From Nitrospirota bacterium (lineage in GTDB: Bacteria; Nitrospirota; UBA9217), in NCBI GenBank assembly GCA_035623825.1, contig DASPSR010000041.1:1-50803 (forward strand): 50,803 bases of DNA, read 5' to 3'. The notes beneath the pieces were generated by a model, which was given only the letters and a program-made list of their open reading frames with translations, was not told where the DNA came from and did no database searches. Numbering within the stretch: the stretch's first letter is position 1; every line of letters begins with the position of its first letter. The position numbers and the translations under genes are program-made. Below are positions 1-10,063 of the stretch, piece after piece.

Positions 1-75
1 CCGTTCACAACAGATAATGTCAAACCTACGGGCGCTTGACTCTTTGGCATCAATTTGATCTTCTTGCTTTGACAT
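1..75 (-). CDS. possible 5' end of the next gene of the second Ehr/Hyf module (large subunit?), truncated by window edge
   Basis: ATG at 75 opens a stop-free frame to base 1 (MSKQEDQIDAKESSARRFDIICCER), just downstream of hyfF; identity inferred from gene order only. Confidence 0.3.
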   Translation of the reverse strand, partial: MSKQEDQIDAKESSARRFDIICCER

Positions 76-107
76 TCAATATTATCGTCCCGTACCCCTG
101 CCTTTTG

Positions 108-1559
108 TCACTTTAAAAGCCCAACCGCCGTCTGGAACCATCCGGCCAGAAATGCCGGCATATACAGGCCGAGGATGAGGACCACGATCATATGCAATAT
201 GACCGGAACGTGTGCTGCCTTCAGGCGTTTCTGGTAGTCCGGGACTTCTCCGGAAACCATGGGTTGCACCCTCCTGAAGAGCGCGGCAAAGGACACGCCG
301 AGCCCCAGGAGCAGAAAGGGCGCCAAAAGCGGTGCGTCCTTGATCGCGGCCGTGAGAATCAGGAACTCGCTTGTGAACACCCCAAAAGGCGGCATCCCCA
401 CGATCGCCATCACCCCGAGCGCCAGCCCCCATCCTACCAGCGGGTTTCCCCTGACGAGGCCTTTGATCCGCTCCATCTCCTGGGACCTGTGCATCTGCGA
501 TGCATGTCCCACGGTGAAGAAGATGGACGACTTGGTCAGGCTGTGAACCAGCATGTGAAGCAATGCGCCGAACGTGGCCACCGGCCCGCCCAGGCCAAAG
601 GCAAAAGTGGCGATGCCCATGTGCTCGATCGACGAATAGGCAAAGAGCCGCTTGATGTCCTTCTGCCTCAGGAGGGAGAACGATGCAACGATGATCGAGA
701 TGATGCCGAAGCCCATCATGATGTCTCCCGAGTGGTGCGTACCCGTTGATCCATCCACCAGCACCTTGCACCGGACAAGCGCGTAGAGCGCGATGTTCAG
801 AAGAAGCCCGGAGAGCACAGCCGATATTGGCGTGGGGCCTTCGCTGTGGGCGTCGGGCAGCCAGTTGTGGATCGGCACGAGCCCTACCTTGGTCCCGTAT
901 CCGACCATGAGGAACACAAAGGCAAGTGACAGGATGGTCGGCTCGAGCTGATCGCTCACCTGGCTCAAGTTCGTCCAGTGAAGCGCCGCTCCGCCTTCGC
1001 CGAGCACCTTTTCCGCGGCAAAATACAGGAGCACCGTCCCGAACAGCGCGAGCGCGATGCCGACGCCGCACAGGATGAAATACTTCCACGCCGCCTCGAT
1101 CGCGGCGGGCGTGCGGTAGAGGGACACCAGGAGGACCGTGGAAAGGGTGGCCAGTTCCATGGCGATCCAGAGAATACCCACGTTATTGGTAAGAAGGCAG
1201 AGCAGCATGGCAAAGATGAAAAGCTGGAACATGGCGTGGTAGAAGCGCATCCTCCGATGGCCGATGGTGCCATGCTCGCGTTCGCGGCGCATGTACCTCC
1301 TGCTGAAGATCGCTGTGGTCATGGAGACAAAGGACGTAAGGACAGTGAGGTAGACGCTGAACGCGTCGACAAAAAAGAAGTTCTCCCATGCCAGTATCGT
1401 CCCCTGCTCATAAACCTCGAACGCCAGCACGATGCTCGCTAAAAGCGTGGCAGCGGAGCCGACAATGTTCACCTCGGGCGCAAGCCGCCGGTCGCCGATA
1501 AACGCCAGCGCCAGGGACGCAATGAGTGGAACGGCTAAACAAAGCAATAAAGCCATCAA
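108..1559 (-). CDS. hyfF: hydrogenase-4 component F-like proton-conducting membrane subunit (Ehr module 2)
   Basis: Highly hydrophobic 483 aa; EAAWKYFILCGVG, GYGTKVGLVPIHNWLPDAHSEGPTP, KRLFAYSSIEHMG motifs of the NuoN/HyfF family. Confidence 0.9.
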   Translation of the reverse strand: MMALLLCLAVPLIASLALAFIGDRRLAPEVNIVGSAATLLASIVLAFEVYEQGTILAWENFFFVDAFSVYLTVLTSFVSMTTAIFSRRYMRREREHGTIGHRRMRFYHAMFQLFIFAMLLCLLTNNVGILWIAMELATLSTVLLVSLYRTPAAIEAAWKYFILCGVGIALALFGTVLLYFAAEKVLGEGGAALHWTNLSQVSDQLEPTILSLAFVFLMVGYGTKVGLVPIHNWLPDAHSEGPTPISAVLSGLLLNIALYALVRCKVLVDGSTGTHHSGDIMMGFGIISIIVASFSLLRQKDIKRLFAYSSIEHMGIATFAFGLGGPVATFGALLHMLVHSLTKSSIFFTVGHASQMHRSQEMERIKGLVRGNPLVGWGLALGVMAIVGMPPFGVFTSEFLILTAAIKDAPLLAPFLLLGLGVSFAALFRRVQPMVSGEVPDYQKRLKAAHVPVILHMIVVLILGLYMPAFLAGWFQTAVGLLK

Positions 1560-1642
1560 AACCTCGATGAACAGCGCATAATGTCAAGCCCAAAGATCAA
1601 ATCAATGTCGCTCCGGCCCGACTGCAGCAACCATGCCTTCAA

Positions 1643-2308
1643 TCAGTCCTCTTCCTTCAGCCTCGCCATCTGATCCACATCAAGGCTGTCGAACGTCGTA
1701 CTGATGTGGAAAAAGAACATTCCGAATATGAACGCCGCGATCAGCAGGTCGAGGGCGACACCCAGCTCCACCACCAGGGGCATGCCGTAGGTCGCGCTGG
1801 TGGCGGCGAACAGGAGCCCGTTCTCCATCGCGAGGAACCCGATGATCTGGGTGACTGCGTGTTTTCGGGTGATCATCATCAGAAAGCCGAGCATGACCGT
1901 AGCGAGGGCCACTGCGAGCGTGGAACGGGTCACAAGGGTCGAAAGCTCCCTGATGGGGGCGGTGAGATGATACGAGAATATCACGAGCACGATCCCCATC
2001 AGCATGGTGGCGGGTATGTTCACGACCATTTCCACTTCCTTATGGATCTTCAATCTCTTGATCAGCGTATGCAGTATGTACGGCAGGAGCACGACCTTCA
2101 TGGTAAGCGTCAGGATCGACGAGATATACAGGTGATGCGCCCCGCCGACAAAACCTACGATAGCGGTGCTCACGGCGAGCAGGAACCCCTGCCACGCGAA
2201 CAGGTGCAGCAGCGCATTCATCCTGCGCTGCACGACCAGAGCAAAGGCCGTCAGAAGGATCAGCGCGGCCAGCAGGCTGTTGATCTGAGATGCAATCTGC
2301 ATGTTCAT
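1643..2308 (-). CDS. hyfE: hydrogenase-4 component E-like membrane subunit (module 2)
   Basis: QIIGFLAMENGL and MPLVVELGVALD motifs; start moved to ATG 2308 (MNMQIAS) behind a GGGGG RBS-like run. Confidence 0.88.
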   Translation of the reverse strand: MNMQIASQINSLLAALILLTAFALVVQRRMNALLHLFAWQGFLLAVSTAIVGFVGGAHHLYISSILTLTMKVVLLPYILHTLIKRLKIHKEVEMVVNIPATMLMGIVLVIFSYHLTAPIRELSTLVTRSTLAVALATVMLGFLMMITRKHAVTQIIGFLAMENGLLFAATSATYGMPLVVELGVALDLLIAAFIFGMFFFHISTTFDSLDVDQMARLKEED

Positions 2309-2441
2309 AGGATCCCCCGTCGCGGAGAACTGGTTCCGAATTAACGATCCCGAATCACAAGTAAATCCCAAGAATCAAATACCACATAATGTGCCTATAT
2401 GTGCGGTTGTTGGATACTCATTGATATTTTTTCCCGCATTC

Positions 2442-3380
2442 TCATTCCAGCATGAAATACGACAGCATCCCAAGCGTCGCGAAGAGAAAAGCGCTCCCGA
2501 GAAACTCGGTTACGCGGAATATCCTCATCTTTGCCAAGCCCGTCTCGATCAAAACGAGTCCGACACCCACCACAGCGAGCTTGAACAGCAGGATCGGGAA
2601 TGAAGCCAATACCGCCGTCATGTCGCCATCCGACGCGATCCCCCACGGGAAAAAGGACGCTATCCCCAGGACCGTAAAGAGAAAGAGTTTCATCATGCTC
2701 GCCCACTCGATCAGGGCGAGGTGCCTGCCGGAATATTCCAGGATCATGGCCTCGTGGATCATGGTGAGCTCAAGGTGGGTGGCAGGGTTGTCGACGGGCA
2801 CCCTGCCCGTCTCCGCCAGGGCAATGAGAATGAACGCCAGCAGGGCAAAGGCAAGGGACGGCCTCAAGATGGTGTGCCCTTGTGAGATCACGACAGCCAT
2901 CTGGGACAGGGACGTCGACTTGCTCACCAGGGAAACGGCGAACACGGCCATGAGCATGGCGGGCTCGGCGAGGGACGCAATGGTCATTTCCCTGCTCGAC
3001 CCCATTCCGCCGAAGGCGGTGCCGATGTCCATGCCGGCAAGTGCGGTGAAGAACCGCGCGATGGCAAAGAGCGCCACAAGCGCAATGACATCGGCCGTAG
3101 CCGCCATAGGCAGGTCCGTGGAAATGATGGGGATTATCCCGCCAGCCGTGACGGACACTCCGAATACAAGATAAGGCGTAAAGCGGAATATCCAGGATGC
3201 GTTCTCGGCCAGAGTCACGTCTTTTGAGAATAGTTTGACGATGTCCCGGTAGGGCTGGAACAGGCTGGGTGACGTTCGGCCTTGAAACCAGCACTTCACC
3301 ATCTTCACCCATCCCGCAAACAGAGGAGCGATGAAAAGCACAATGGCAATCTGGAGGATCTCCATGAATAACAGATACAT
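2442..3380 (-). CDS. hyfC: hydrogenase-4 component C / NuoH-like membrane subunit (module 2)
   Basis: QPYRDIVKLFSK, AFGGMGSSRE, AETGRVPVDNPATHLELTMIHEAMILEYSG; start probably ATG 3380 or TTG 3386 behind GAGGTG. Confidence 0.9.
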   Translation of the reverse strand: MYLLFMEILQIAIVLFIAPLFAGWVKMVKCWFQGRTSPSLFQPYRDIVKLFSKDVTLAENASWIFRFTPYLVFGVSVTAGGIIPIISTDLPMAATADVIALVALFAIARFFTALAGMDIGTAFGGMGSSREMTIASLAEPAMLMAVFAVSLVSKSTSLSQMAVVISQGHTILRPSLAFALLAFILIALAETGRVPVDNPATHLELTMIHEAMILEYSGRHLALIEWASMMKLFLFTVLGIASFFPWGIASDGDMTAVLASFPILLFKLAVVGVGLVLIETGLAKMRIFRVTEFLGSAFLFATLGMLSYFMLE

Positions 3381-3490
3381 CTTCAACGGCAGCACCTCGG
3401 AAAAGTTCTCAGACCGTGAAAAACGAATCAACGGTGATCAGCACGGTACAATATTTAAGTCATGCATCGTTGCGGTGTACAAGAAGGCCT

Positions 3491-5536
3491 TCATCTCACG
3501 AATATCAGCAGCACCACGATCGTCACAAAAGAATAGATAAGGTAAATCTGGATGCGTCCCTGCTGAAGACGTCCTATCCTGCGCGATATCCAGAAGCTTG
3601 CGCCTATAACCGGCTGGTACAGCCAGCCCCAGAAGCGGTCCCGCACCCGGAGATGGTAATGCAATCGTTCAGGGAAAGCCGGGTTCGTGGCCGGCGGAAG
3701 CTGCCGCGTATGCTCTTTGATGCTGAAGAGAAAACTGAAGATTCTGCGCAGCGGCATGGAAAAGGACGTGGCCGTGTACTGCATTCGGCTGGTCACTTTT
3801 TCAAACCCGCAGTCCCAGAGCGGCGTCCGGTGAATAGCGCCCGGCTTCGTGTGGAGAAGCAGATAGGTTACGACCACTATCGTCAGGATCCCGAGAAAGG
3901 CGATGGGCGCCGAATAAGAGGCGCGTTCGGCGGCGATCGGCGTGAGCCACATCCATCCGAAGCCCGATGCCGAAGCCGCGATCGCGCCGCCGACCAGTTC
4001 CTCGGCGAGAGGGTCCATCCACCTGATCATGAACGTGGGCAGGACGCCGAGCCCCAGGCAGGTGACGGCGGCAAGCATCATGCCGATCCGCATGGACCAG
4101 CTTGCCTCATGGACTCGGCCTTGATGATGGCCGCGCTGATGCCCCAGAAAAGTCACGCCGAAGGCCTTCACGAAACAGGCGGCGGCAAGCGCGCTCGTGA
4201 GCGCGAGAAGCGCGGCCCCCAGCGGGATGAGCAGGTCCAGGAGCCGGTTGGGAAGCGCAGGAGAGAGCAGAAAAGCCTGGTAGGTGAGCCACTCCGACAC
4301 GAATCCGTTGAAGGGCGGAAGTGCCGAGATCGAGATGCACCCAACGAGGAAGAACACGGCGGTCCAGGGCATGAAGCGGATGAGACCCCCCATCTCCTCC
4401 ATGTTCCGTTCACGCGTGGCATGGAGCACGGACCCCGCTCCCATGAAGAGGAGCCCCTTGAACATCGCATGGTTCAACGTATGATAGAGGCCGGCAATGA
4501 GGGCCAATGCGGCCAAAAGGGACATGTCGAACGAGGTGAAGATCATGGCGAGACCGATGCCGATGAGGATGATGCCGATGTTCTCCACGGAATGGTACGC
4601 CAGGAGCCTTTTCAGATCGTGCTGCATAAGAGCGTACAGAACGCCCATGACCGCCGACACGAGGCCGAACACCAAGACGAGTGCGCCCCACCACCAGGGG
4701 AAAACGCCAATGAGGTCGAAGACGACCCGCACGATCCCGTAGATGGCGGTCTTGAGCATCACGCCGCTCATGAGAGCGGACACGTTCGACGGCGCTACCG
4801 GGTGCGCCTCGGGCAGCCACACATGGAGAGGTATCACGCCGGCCTTAGCCGCGAATCCGAAGAACGCGAGAAGAAAGGCCACCGTGGCCCATCCCGCAGG
4901 AAGCTCGGCCTCGCGCATGGCATCGAAGGTATACCCTTCAAATCCCTTGAACCCTGTGGCAAGGCCAGCCATGATGCCGAAGGACAGGAGGATCGCTATC
5001 GCTCCCACGTGGGCGATGACGAGGTACAGGAAAGCGGCCCTTCTGTTCTCAAGACGCTCGTCCTCGAAGAGCACCAGGAAGTACGAGGCCGCGGCCATCA
5101 ATTCCCACGCGATGAGGAAAAACAGGGCGTCGTCGGCCATGACGACCAGAAACATTCCCGCGAGAAAGAAGACGTAAAAAACCACCAGGTTCGTCACGGA
5201 GCGGTGGCCGAGAAACCCCTTGACGTACCCGATGGAATAGATGGATACGAATAAAGCAAGGAGCCCGACAACCACGAGGAAATATCCAGACAGAAGGTCG
5301 AGCCTCAGATGGAACGGAAGGTCGGGCAACCCGATTGGCAGAACAGCCTGATCAGTGATACCGCCTGCCACGGTCCAGACGCCCGCAACGACAGCTAAAA
5401 ACGAAGAGATGGCGGTGAGGGAAAAACCATAATTGATGAGGAGCCGTTGGTTCTTGCGGAGGGACAGCGTCAGCACGAGCAGGAGCAGCAGCACTGCAAA
5501 AGACGAGGACACGATGCTTATTGGTGAAAGGGACAC
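3491..5536 (-). CDS. hyfB: hydrogenase-4 component B / NuoL-like antiporter subunit (module 2)
   Basis: KAGVIPLHVWLPEAHPVAPS, DLKRLLAYHSVENIG, LPPFNGFVSEW, WDCG...RMQYTA; GTG start with AGGAGG RBS. Confidence 0.92.
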   Translation of the reverse strand: MSLSPISIVSSSFAVLLLLLVLTLSLRKNQRLLINYGFSLTAISSFLAVVAGVWTVAGGITDQAVLPIGLPDLPFHLRLDLLSGYFLVVVGLLALFVSIYSIGYVKGFLGHRSVTNLVVFYVFFLAGMFLVVMADDALFFLIAWELMAAASYFLVLFEDERLENRRAAFLYLVIAHVGAIAILLSFGIMAGLATGFKGFEGYTFDAMREAELPAGWATVAFLLAFFGFAAKAGVIPLHVWLPEAHPVAPSNVSALMSGVMLKTAIYGIVRVVFDLIGVFPWWWGALVLVFGLVSAVMGVLYALMQHDLKRLLAYHSVENIGIILIGIGLAMIFTSFDMSLLAALALIAGLYHTLNHAMFKGLLFMGAGSVLHATRERNMEEMGGLIRFMPWTAVFFLVGCISISALPPFNGFVSEWLTYQAFLLSPALPNRLLDLLIPLGAALLALTSALAAACFVKAFGVTFLGHQRGHHQGRVHEASWSMRIGMMLAAVTCLGLGVLPTFMIRWMDPLAEELVGGAIAASASGFGWMWLTPIAAERASYSAPIAFLGILTIVVVTYLLLHTKPGAIHRTPLWDCGFEKVTSRMQYTATSFSMPLRRIFSFLFSIKEHTRQLPPATNPAFPERLHYHLRVRDRFWGWLYQPVIGASFWISRRIGRLQQGRIQIYLIYSFVTIVVLLIFVR

Positions 5537-5614
5537 GTCCCTACCTCCTGGTTATCCCTACATCTTTACCGGAAACCGGTCGGATCACGATGACGCCTGT
5601 TGTTGATAGACGGT

Positions 5615-6139
5615 TCATCGGGTGCATCTATCAATGAGCTGGGAGAGTCCCAGCAAGATCGCCGTCGGCGTCGGCGGACATCCGGGGATGTAGCAGTCAA
5701 CGGGGACAACATTTGCGACGCCGTTCGTGACCGCATAGCTTCCTTTATATATGCCGCCGTCCTTTGCGCAATCGCCGCAGGCAACCACGAGCCTCGGCTC
5801 GGGCGTCGCGATGTACGTCCTCTTCAGGGCGAGCTCCATCTGGCGGGACACCGGGCCGGTGACAAGCAGCACGTCGGCGTGCCGCGGCGACGCCACGAAG
5901 TCGATGCCGAACCGCTGGATGTCATAGATGGGGTTGGTGAGCGCCGTGCACTCCCATTCACAGGCGTTGCACGAGCCCGCATCCACCTGTCTGATGCGGA
6001 GCGACCTTCCGAAGATTTTATCAATTCTGCCCTGAAAGTCAACAATCTTCGCCGCCTGATCCGCAGTAACGCTGAATCCCTCGGGAAAAGGGATGACTTT
6101 CTTTTTGGATATTATGTTCTGTAGTATATCTTTCAGCAT
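5615..6139 (-). CDS. hyfI: NuoB/HyfI-like Fe-S small subunit
   Basis: DAGSCNACE, ASPRHADVLLVTGPV, GDCA and IPGCPP: all four [4Fe-4S] cysteines present. Confidence 0.9.
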   Translation of the reverse strand: MLKDILQNIISKKKVIPFPEGFSVTADQAAKIVDFQGRIDKIFGRSLRIRQVDAGSCNACEWECTALTNPIYDIQRFGIDFVASPRHADVLLVTGPVSRQMELALKRTYIATPEPRLVVACGDCAKDGGIYKGSYAVTNGVANVVPVDCYIPGCPPTPTAILLGLSQLIDRCTR

Positions 6140-6232
6140 GTTCTTACTTCTCCCGCTACGCGAACTAAAGCCAGGTACCAGATATAGATCGCGTTCCCGT
6201 TTTCTCTCCTGTGACCTTCGGTCCTGCTTCCG

Positions 6233-7804
6233 CTACATGTCAGTACCCGAGTAAGACAGGTTAAAGCTCTTGTTGCAGAGCGGGAAATCGGGCACGATGT
6301 TCCCATGGACCGCGAAGGGCACCGCGGGCCAGTTGCAGTAGGACGGCGAGCGGAGTTTCACGCGAAGCGGCTTCCCCTCCCTGTCAGCCATGACCCAGTA
6401 GAAGAGCGAACCGCGAGGCGTTTCTGCGTAACCGAGCGCGGAAGAATAGGCCGAAGCGGCCCCCACCGGCACAGAGAGATTGCCCTTATAGCCGCTTTCA
6501 ATGAGCGCCTGGATCATGGAGATGGAGCATTCCGTCTCCTCTCCCCTGATCATCATGCGGGCGAACACGTCCCCCCTTTCATGGGTATGGGATTCGAAGA
6601 TCAACCGGTCGTACAGGAGATGGGGATGGGACTTTCTGATGTCGTCGCTCAGGCCCGACGCGCGCGCAGCCACACCCGTGACGCCGAGCTTAGAGGCGAT
6701 GTCCTTCGACAGCCTGCCCGTGTTCTGGAGCCGCTCGATGTGCGATACGGATCCGAGCAAAAGCTGCATCAGATCCTTATATTCTCCGGTGACAATATCG
6801 AGGGTCTTCAGGATATCGTCGGCATGAGCGAATACGTCCCTGGTGACTCCTCCGACCACGTTCACTCCGCGCAGATACCTGCTGCCCGTGAGCCGCTCAT
6901 TGAGATGCATGAGCCGTTCCTTGATGACCGCGCCTTTCATGTAACCCACGGCGAGCGCGGTTCCCGCGCACATGTTCCCGATGTCCCCTATATGGTTGTA
7001 GAGCCGTTCGAGTTCCAGCAGGAGCGTCCGAACGGCAGAGGCCTTTTCAGTGATCTCGGTCCCCGTCATCATCTCGACTGCCATGCAATATGCGGCGCCG
7101 TGGGAAAACGAGGATGTCCCAGAAACACGCTCAGCGAGCTTTATCCCTTCGACAAATCCCAGCGTCTCGAAATGCTTCTCCGTGCCCTTATGGGTGTAGA
7201 ACAGGCGCGGCTCAAGGAAGAAGATAGTCTCGCCCACGGCACTGAACCGGAAATGACCAGGCTCGATGATGCCGGCGTGGACCGGCCCGACGGGGATCTC
7301 GACGATCCCTTCGCCTTCTACCTCCATGAAGGGATGGGGAACCTTTACCGCCGTCCCCTCTCCCCACTCCCTGATGTCCGATTCATCGATCTTCCAATCT
7401 TTCCTGAGAGGATGAGAACGCACGGGGAACGATTCGTGGAAGACCAGTCTGCGCTGATCGGGATGTCCATGCGGCACGAGACCGAACATATCGCTGATCT
7501 CGCGCTCGTACCAGTGGGCGGCGGGGATCACGCTCGTAATGGACGGGAAAGATGATTCCTGCTCCGCCAGAGGAAGCACGATGAAGTAAAACCTGTCTTC
7601 GCCGGGGGCGGAGAACACCACATACACCCGGAAATGACCGTCCTTCTGCCTCTCATCCGTCGCGAACATGAGCCGAAGGCGCGCGTGCTGCCTGGCATGA
7701 AGCTGCGCACAGACATCCTTGAAGTCCTCTTTCCTGACCTCGATGTAGACCTCGTTGCGGTGCTCTCGCGTCGAAACCGCTTTTCTGAAAACGCTCTCTT
7801 TCAT
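6233..7804 (-). CDS. hyfG: HyfG/HycE-like large subunit (NuoC+NuoD domains) lacking [NiFe] cysteine motifs (Ehr large subunit)
   Basis: WYEREISDMFG, GPVHAGIIEPGHFRF, ELERLYNH, ETPRG; L1 site reads ERVSGTSS and L2 site reads NLSYSGTD; ATG 7804 overlaps the hyfF stop (ATGA). Confidence 0.9.
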   Translation of the reverse strand: MKESVFRKAVSTREHRNEVYIEVRKEDFKDVCAQLHARQHARLRLMFATDERQKDGHFRVYVVFSAPGEDRFYFIVLPLAEQESSFPSITSVIPAAHWYEREISDMFGLVPHGHPDQRRLVFHESFPVRSHPLRKDWKIDESDIREWGEGTAVKVPHPFMEVEGEGIVEIPVGPVHAGIIEPGHFRFSAVGETIFFLEPRLFYTHKGTEKHFETLGFVEGIKLAERVSGTSSFSHGAAYCMAVEMMTGTEITEKASAVRTLLLELERLYNHIGDIGNMCAGTALAVGYMKGAVIKERLMHLNERLTGSRYLRGVNVVGGVTRDVFAHADDILKTLDIVTGEYKDLMQLLLGSVSHIERLQNTGRLSKDIASKLGVTGVAARASGLSDDIRKSHPHLLYDRLIFESHTHERGDVFARMMIRGEETECSISMIQALIESGYKGNLSVPVGAASAYSSALGYAETPRGSLFYWVMADREGKPLRVKLRSPSYCNWPAVPFAVHGNIVPDFPLCNKSFNLSYSGTDM

Positions 7805-9291
7805 TTTGCTCCAAGGACCTGAACGCATGTCCTGATCGTGCTGTCGATGAAGCCAGGGACGCTCAAGCCCAGAATGATGACCGCTGCTGCCATAAATATC
7901 ATGATCCCGCTGCTGAGCGCATTACCGGTGTTGAATGTCGTGGTGTGGAGATGTCCACCCGGAACGACTGTCGCTTCTTCGGGTTTCCCGAAGAGCATCC
8001 TGCCGAATCCCGATAGGACCCCGTAGAACACGATGACGACGAAGAGCAAAAAGAGGACCACGCCGGGCCAGAACCCCTTGTCCACCAGTGCCTTCAGAAC
8101 AGTAAACTCACTCACAAAAATATTGAATGGTGGCGTTCCCGAGAGCGACAAGGCGCCGATAATGGTAAGCGTCCCGAGGAGCGGCATGGAGGTCAGCACA
8201 CCGTTCACATTCGCGATGTTCGTAGAACCGAAGCGTGACTGGATCTTGCCCGAGGCGAAGAACATGAGCGGCTTCGCCAGCGCGTGGTTCAGGATATGGA
8301 GAAGCGCGCCGTAGATGCCGACAGGCCCGCCGACGCCGATACCCAGGGATATGATGCCCATGTGCTCGATACTGCTGTACGCCAAAAGTCTCTTGTAGTT
8401 CTCCTGCACGAGAATAAAGACGGCTGATATGGCTAACGAGATGAGCCCGAAGATGATGAGCAGCTTGCCGGTGAACGCCCCGCCCGTCGACGGCTCGACG
8501 ATCGAGACAAAACGCATGATGCCGTAGAACGCGGTGTTCAGGAGGATGCCCGAGAGCAGCGCGCTGATGGGACTCGGCGCCTGGCTGTGCGCGTCGGGCA
8601 GCCAGTTGTGAACCGGCGCGAGGCCTGCCTTGGTTCCGTAACCCACGAACACGAAAATGAAGGCCAGCTTCATGGTCTCGGGATTCAGCTGCGGCGCAAC
8701 ACCCTTGAGCACCGTCCAATCGAGAGCACCCTCCGCACCCGTGACCGCCGTAGACGCGTAGTAGGTGATGAATGTCCCCAGCAGCGCGAAGGTGATGCCG
8801 ACGGTGCAGAGGATGATGTACTTCCATGCCGCTTCAACGGCCAGAGGCCTTTTGTGGAACCCGAGCCCGATCAGGAGCGCTGAGACGATGGTCGTGGCCT
8901 CGATCCCGATCCACATGATCGCGAGATTGTTCGCCATGGTCACGAGGAGCATGGTGAAAATGAAGAGGTGCAACAGGCCGTAGTACCGCCGGACCCCGCG
9001 CAGATCAGTGAGCCCGGTCTCGTATTCGTGCTCAAGGTAGCTGATTGAGTAGATCGCCGAGGCAACGCTCAGAAATATCACGAGCCCCATGATGTATCCG
9101 GAGAGCGCGTCCATCGAGAACGCCCCTCCCATGGCCGCAACGGGCGCTTCGATGGATGCTGCGACCGTCGGATAGGCATACACCGCCAGAACGGCGGTGC
9201 CGACGAGGCTCACGTATCCGATCACGCGTGCGTTCCCCAGCACGTAGCAGATGATGGCGGTCGCAATCGGGATGATCAATATTGCTATCAC
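7801..9291 (-). CDS. hyfF: hydrogenase-4 component F-like membrane subunit (module 1)
   Basis: EAAWKYIILC, GYGTKAGLAPVHNWLPDAHSQAPSP, KRLLAYSSIEHMG. Confidence 0.9.
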   Translation of the reverse strand: MIAILIIPIATAIICYVLGNARVIGYVSLVGTAVLAVYAYPTVAASIEAPVAAMGGAFSMDALSGYIMGLVIFLSVASAIYSISYLEHEYETGLTDLRGVRRYYGLLHLFIFTMLLVTMANNLAIMWIGIEATTIVSALLIGLGFHKRPLAVEAAWKYIILCTVGITFALLGTFITYYASTAVTGAEGALDWTVLKGVAPQLNPETMKLAFIFVFVGYGTKAGLAPVHNWLPDAHSQAPSPISALLSGILLNTAFYGIMRFVSIVEPSTGGAFTGKLLIIFGLISLAISAVFILVQENYKRLLAYSSIEHMGIISLGIGVGGPVGIYGALLHILNHALAKPLMFFASGKIQSRFGSTNIANVNGVLTSMPLLGTLTIIGALSLSGTPPFNIFVSEFTVLKALVDKGFWPGVVLFLLFVVIVFYGVLSGFGRMLFGKPEEATVVPGGHLHTTTFNTGNALSSGIMIFMAAAVIILGLSVPGFIDSTIRTCVQVLGAK

Positions 9292-9350
9292 CTAAACCCT
9301 CGTCTCCGACCTCTACCTTCGGTCTGATCTATTTTCTCTGTCATCTGTCT

Positions 9351-10010
9351 TCAGCCTTTCAGCACCGTGAGCTTGTCCAGATCTGCCGAAGCAAAGGCGC
9401 GCTTGATCTGGATAGCGAAGATCCCCAGGATGATCACGCCCATCAGCAAGTCGAACAGCACGCCAAGTTCGATGATCGTCGGCATGCCGAAGGTCAGGGA
9501 GAACCCGGCGAGAAAGAGCCCGTTCTCCATGAACAGCAGGCCGATCGCCTGGGTCAAGGCTTTTTTCCTCGTGATCATGATGAAGAGGCTGATGAGGATA
9601 ACGGCAATGGATATCTGGAGCACGTTCTTTGAAAACCCTGTGACGAAGATGCCGTCCTTAAGCGACGCGTACACCACTGCAACGAGGACGCCCGAGATCG
9701 CGAGCGACACGGAGTTGCTGATGTAGGGCTGCACTTCGTGCGTGACCCGCATCTCGCGCACGATCCGCCGCAGGAAGAGCGGAATGACGATCCCCTTCGT
9801 CGTCAGCGTAAGCAAGGCGGCGATATAGAGGTGCGTCTCGCCGACGAGGACGGCCACCACGGCGATCAGGCCCGACAGGAGCCAGGAATTGATCGTGTAG
9901 GCCTTTACATAGGACTCGATGCTCTTGTAGGCGTTCAGGGTCACGGCCGTCAGGAGAATGCCGACGGAAATATAATCAATGACCGAAAATGCTTCTATCC
10001 ATGCCTTCAA
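9351..10010 (-). CDS. hyfE: hydrogenase-4 component E-like subunit (module 1)
   Basis: QAIGLLFMENGL, GMPTIIELGVLFD, C-terminal LKG. Confidence 0.88.
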   Translation of the reverse strand: MKAWIEAFSVIDYISVGILLTAVTLNAYKSIESYVKAYTINSWLLSGLIAVVAVLVGETHLYIAALLTLTTKGIVIPLFLRRIVREMRVTHEVQPYISNSVSLAISGVLVAVVYASLKDGIFVTGFSKNVLQISIAVILISLFIMITRKKALTQAIGLLFMENGLFLAGFSLTFGMPTIIELGVLFDLLMGVIILGIFAIQIKRAFASADLDKLTVLKG

Positions 10011-10063
10011 GTCGCTTCACCTCTCAAAAAATACCGGCAATTCATCGAAACTGACGTACGGCG

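Noticed and set aside
82-1089. 335-aa alternative-frame ORF
   Set aside because: Overlaps hyfF on the same strand; Arg/Gly-rich with no recognisable domain.
3416-5254. 612-aa plus-strand ORF
   Set aside because: Antisense shadow of hyfB; no motifs, typical of GC-rich codon bias.
6305-7555. 416-aa plus-strand ORF
   Set aside because: Antisense to the well-supported large subunit gene.
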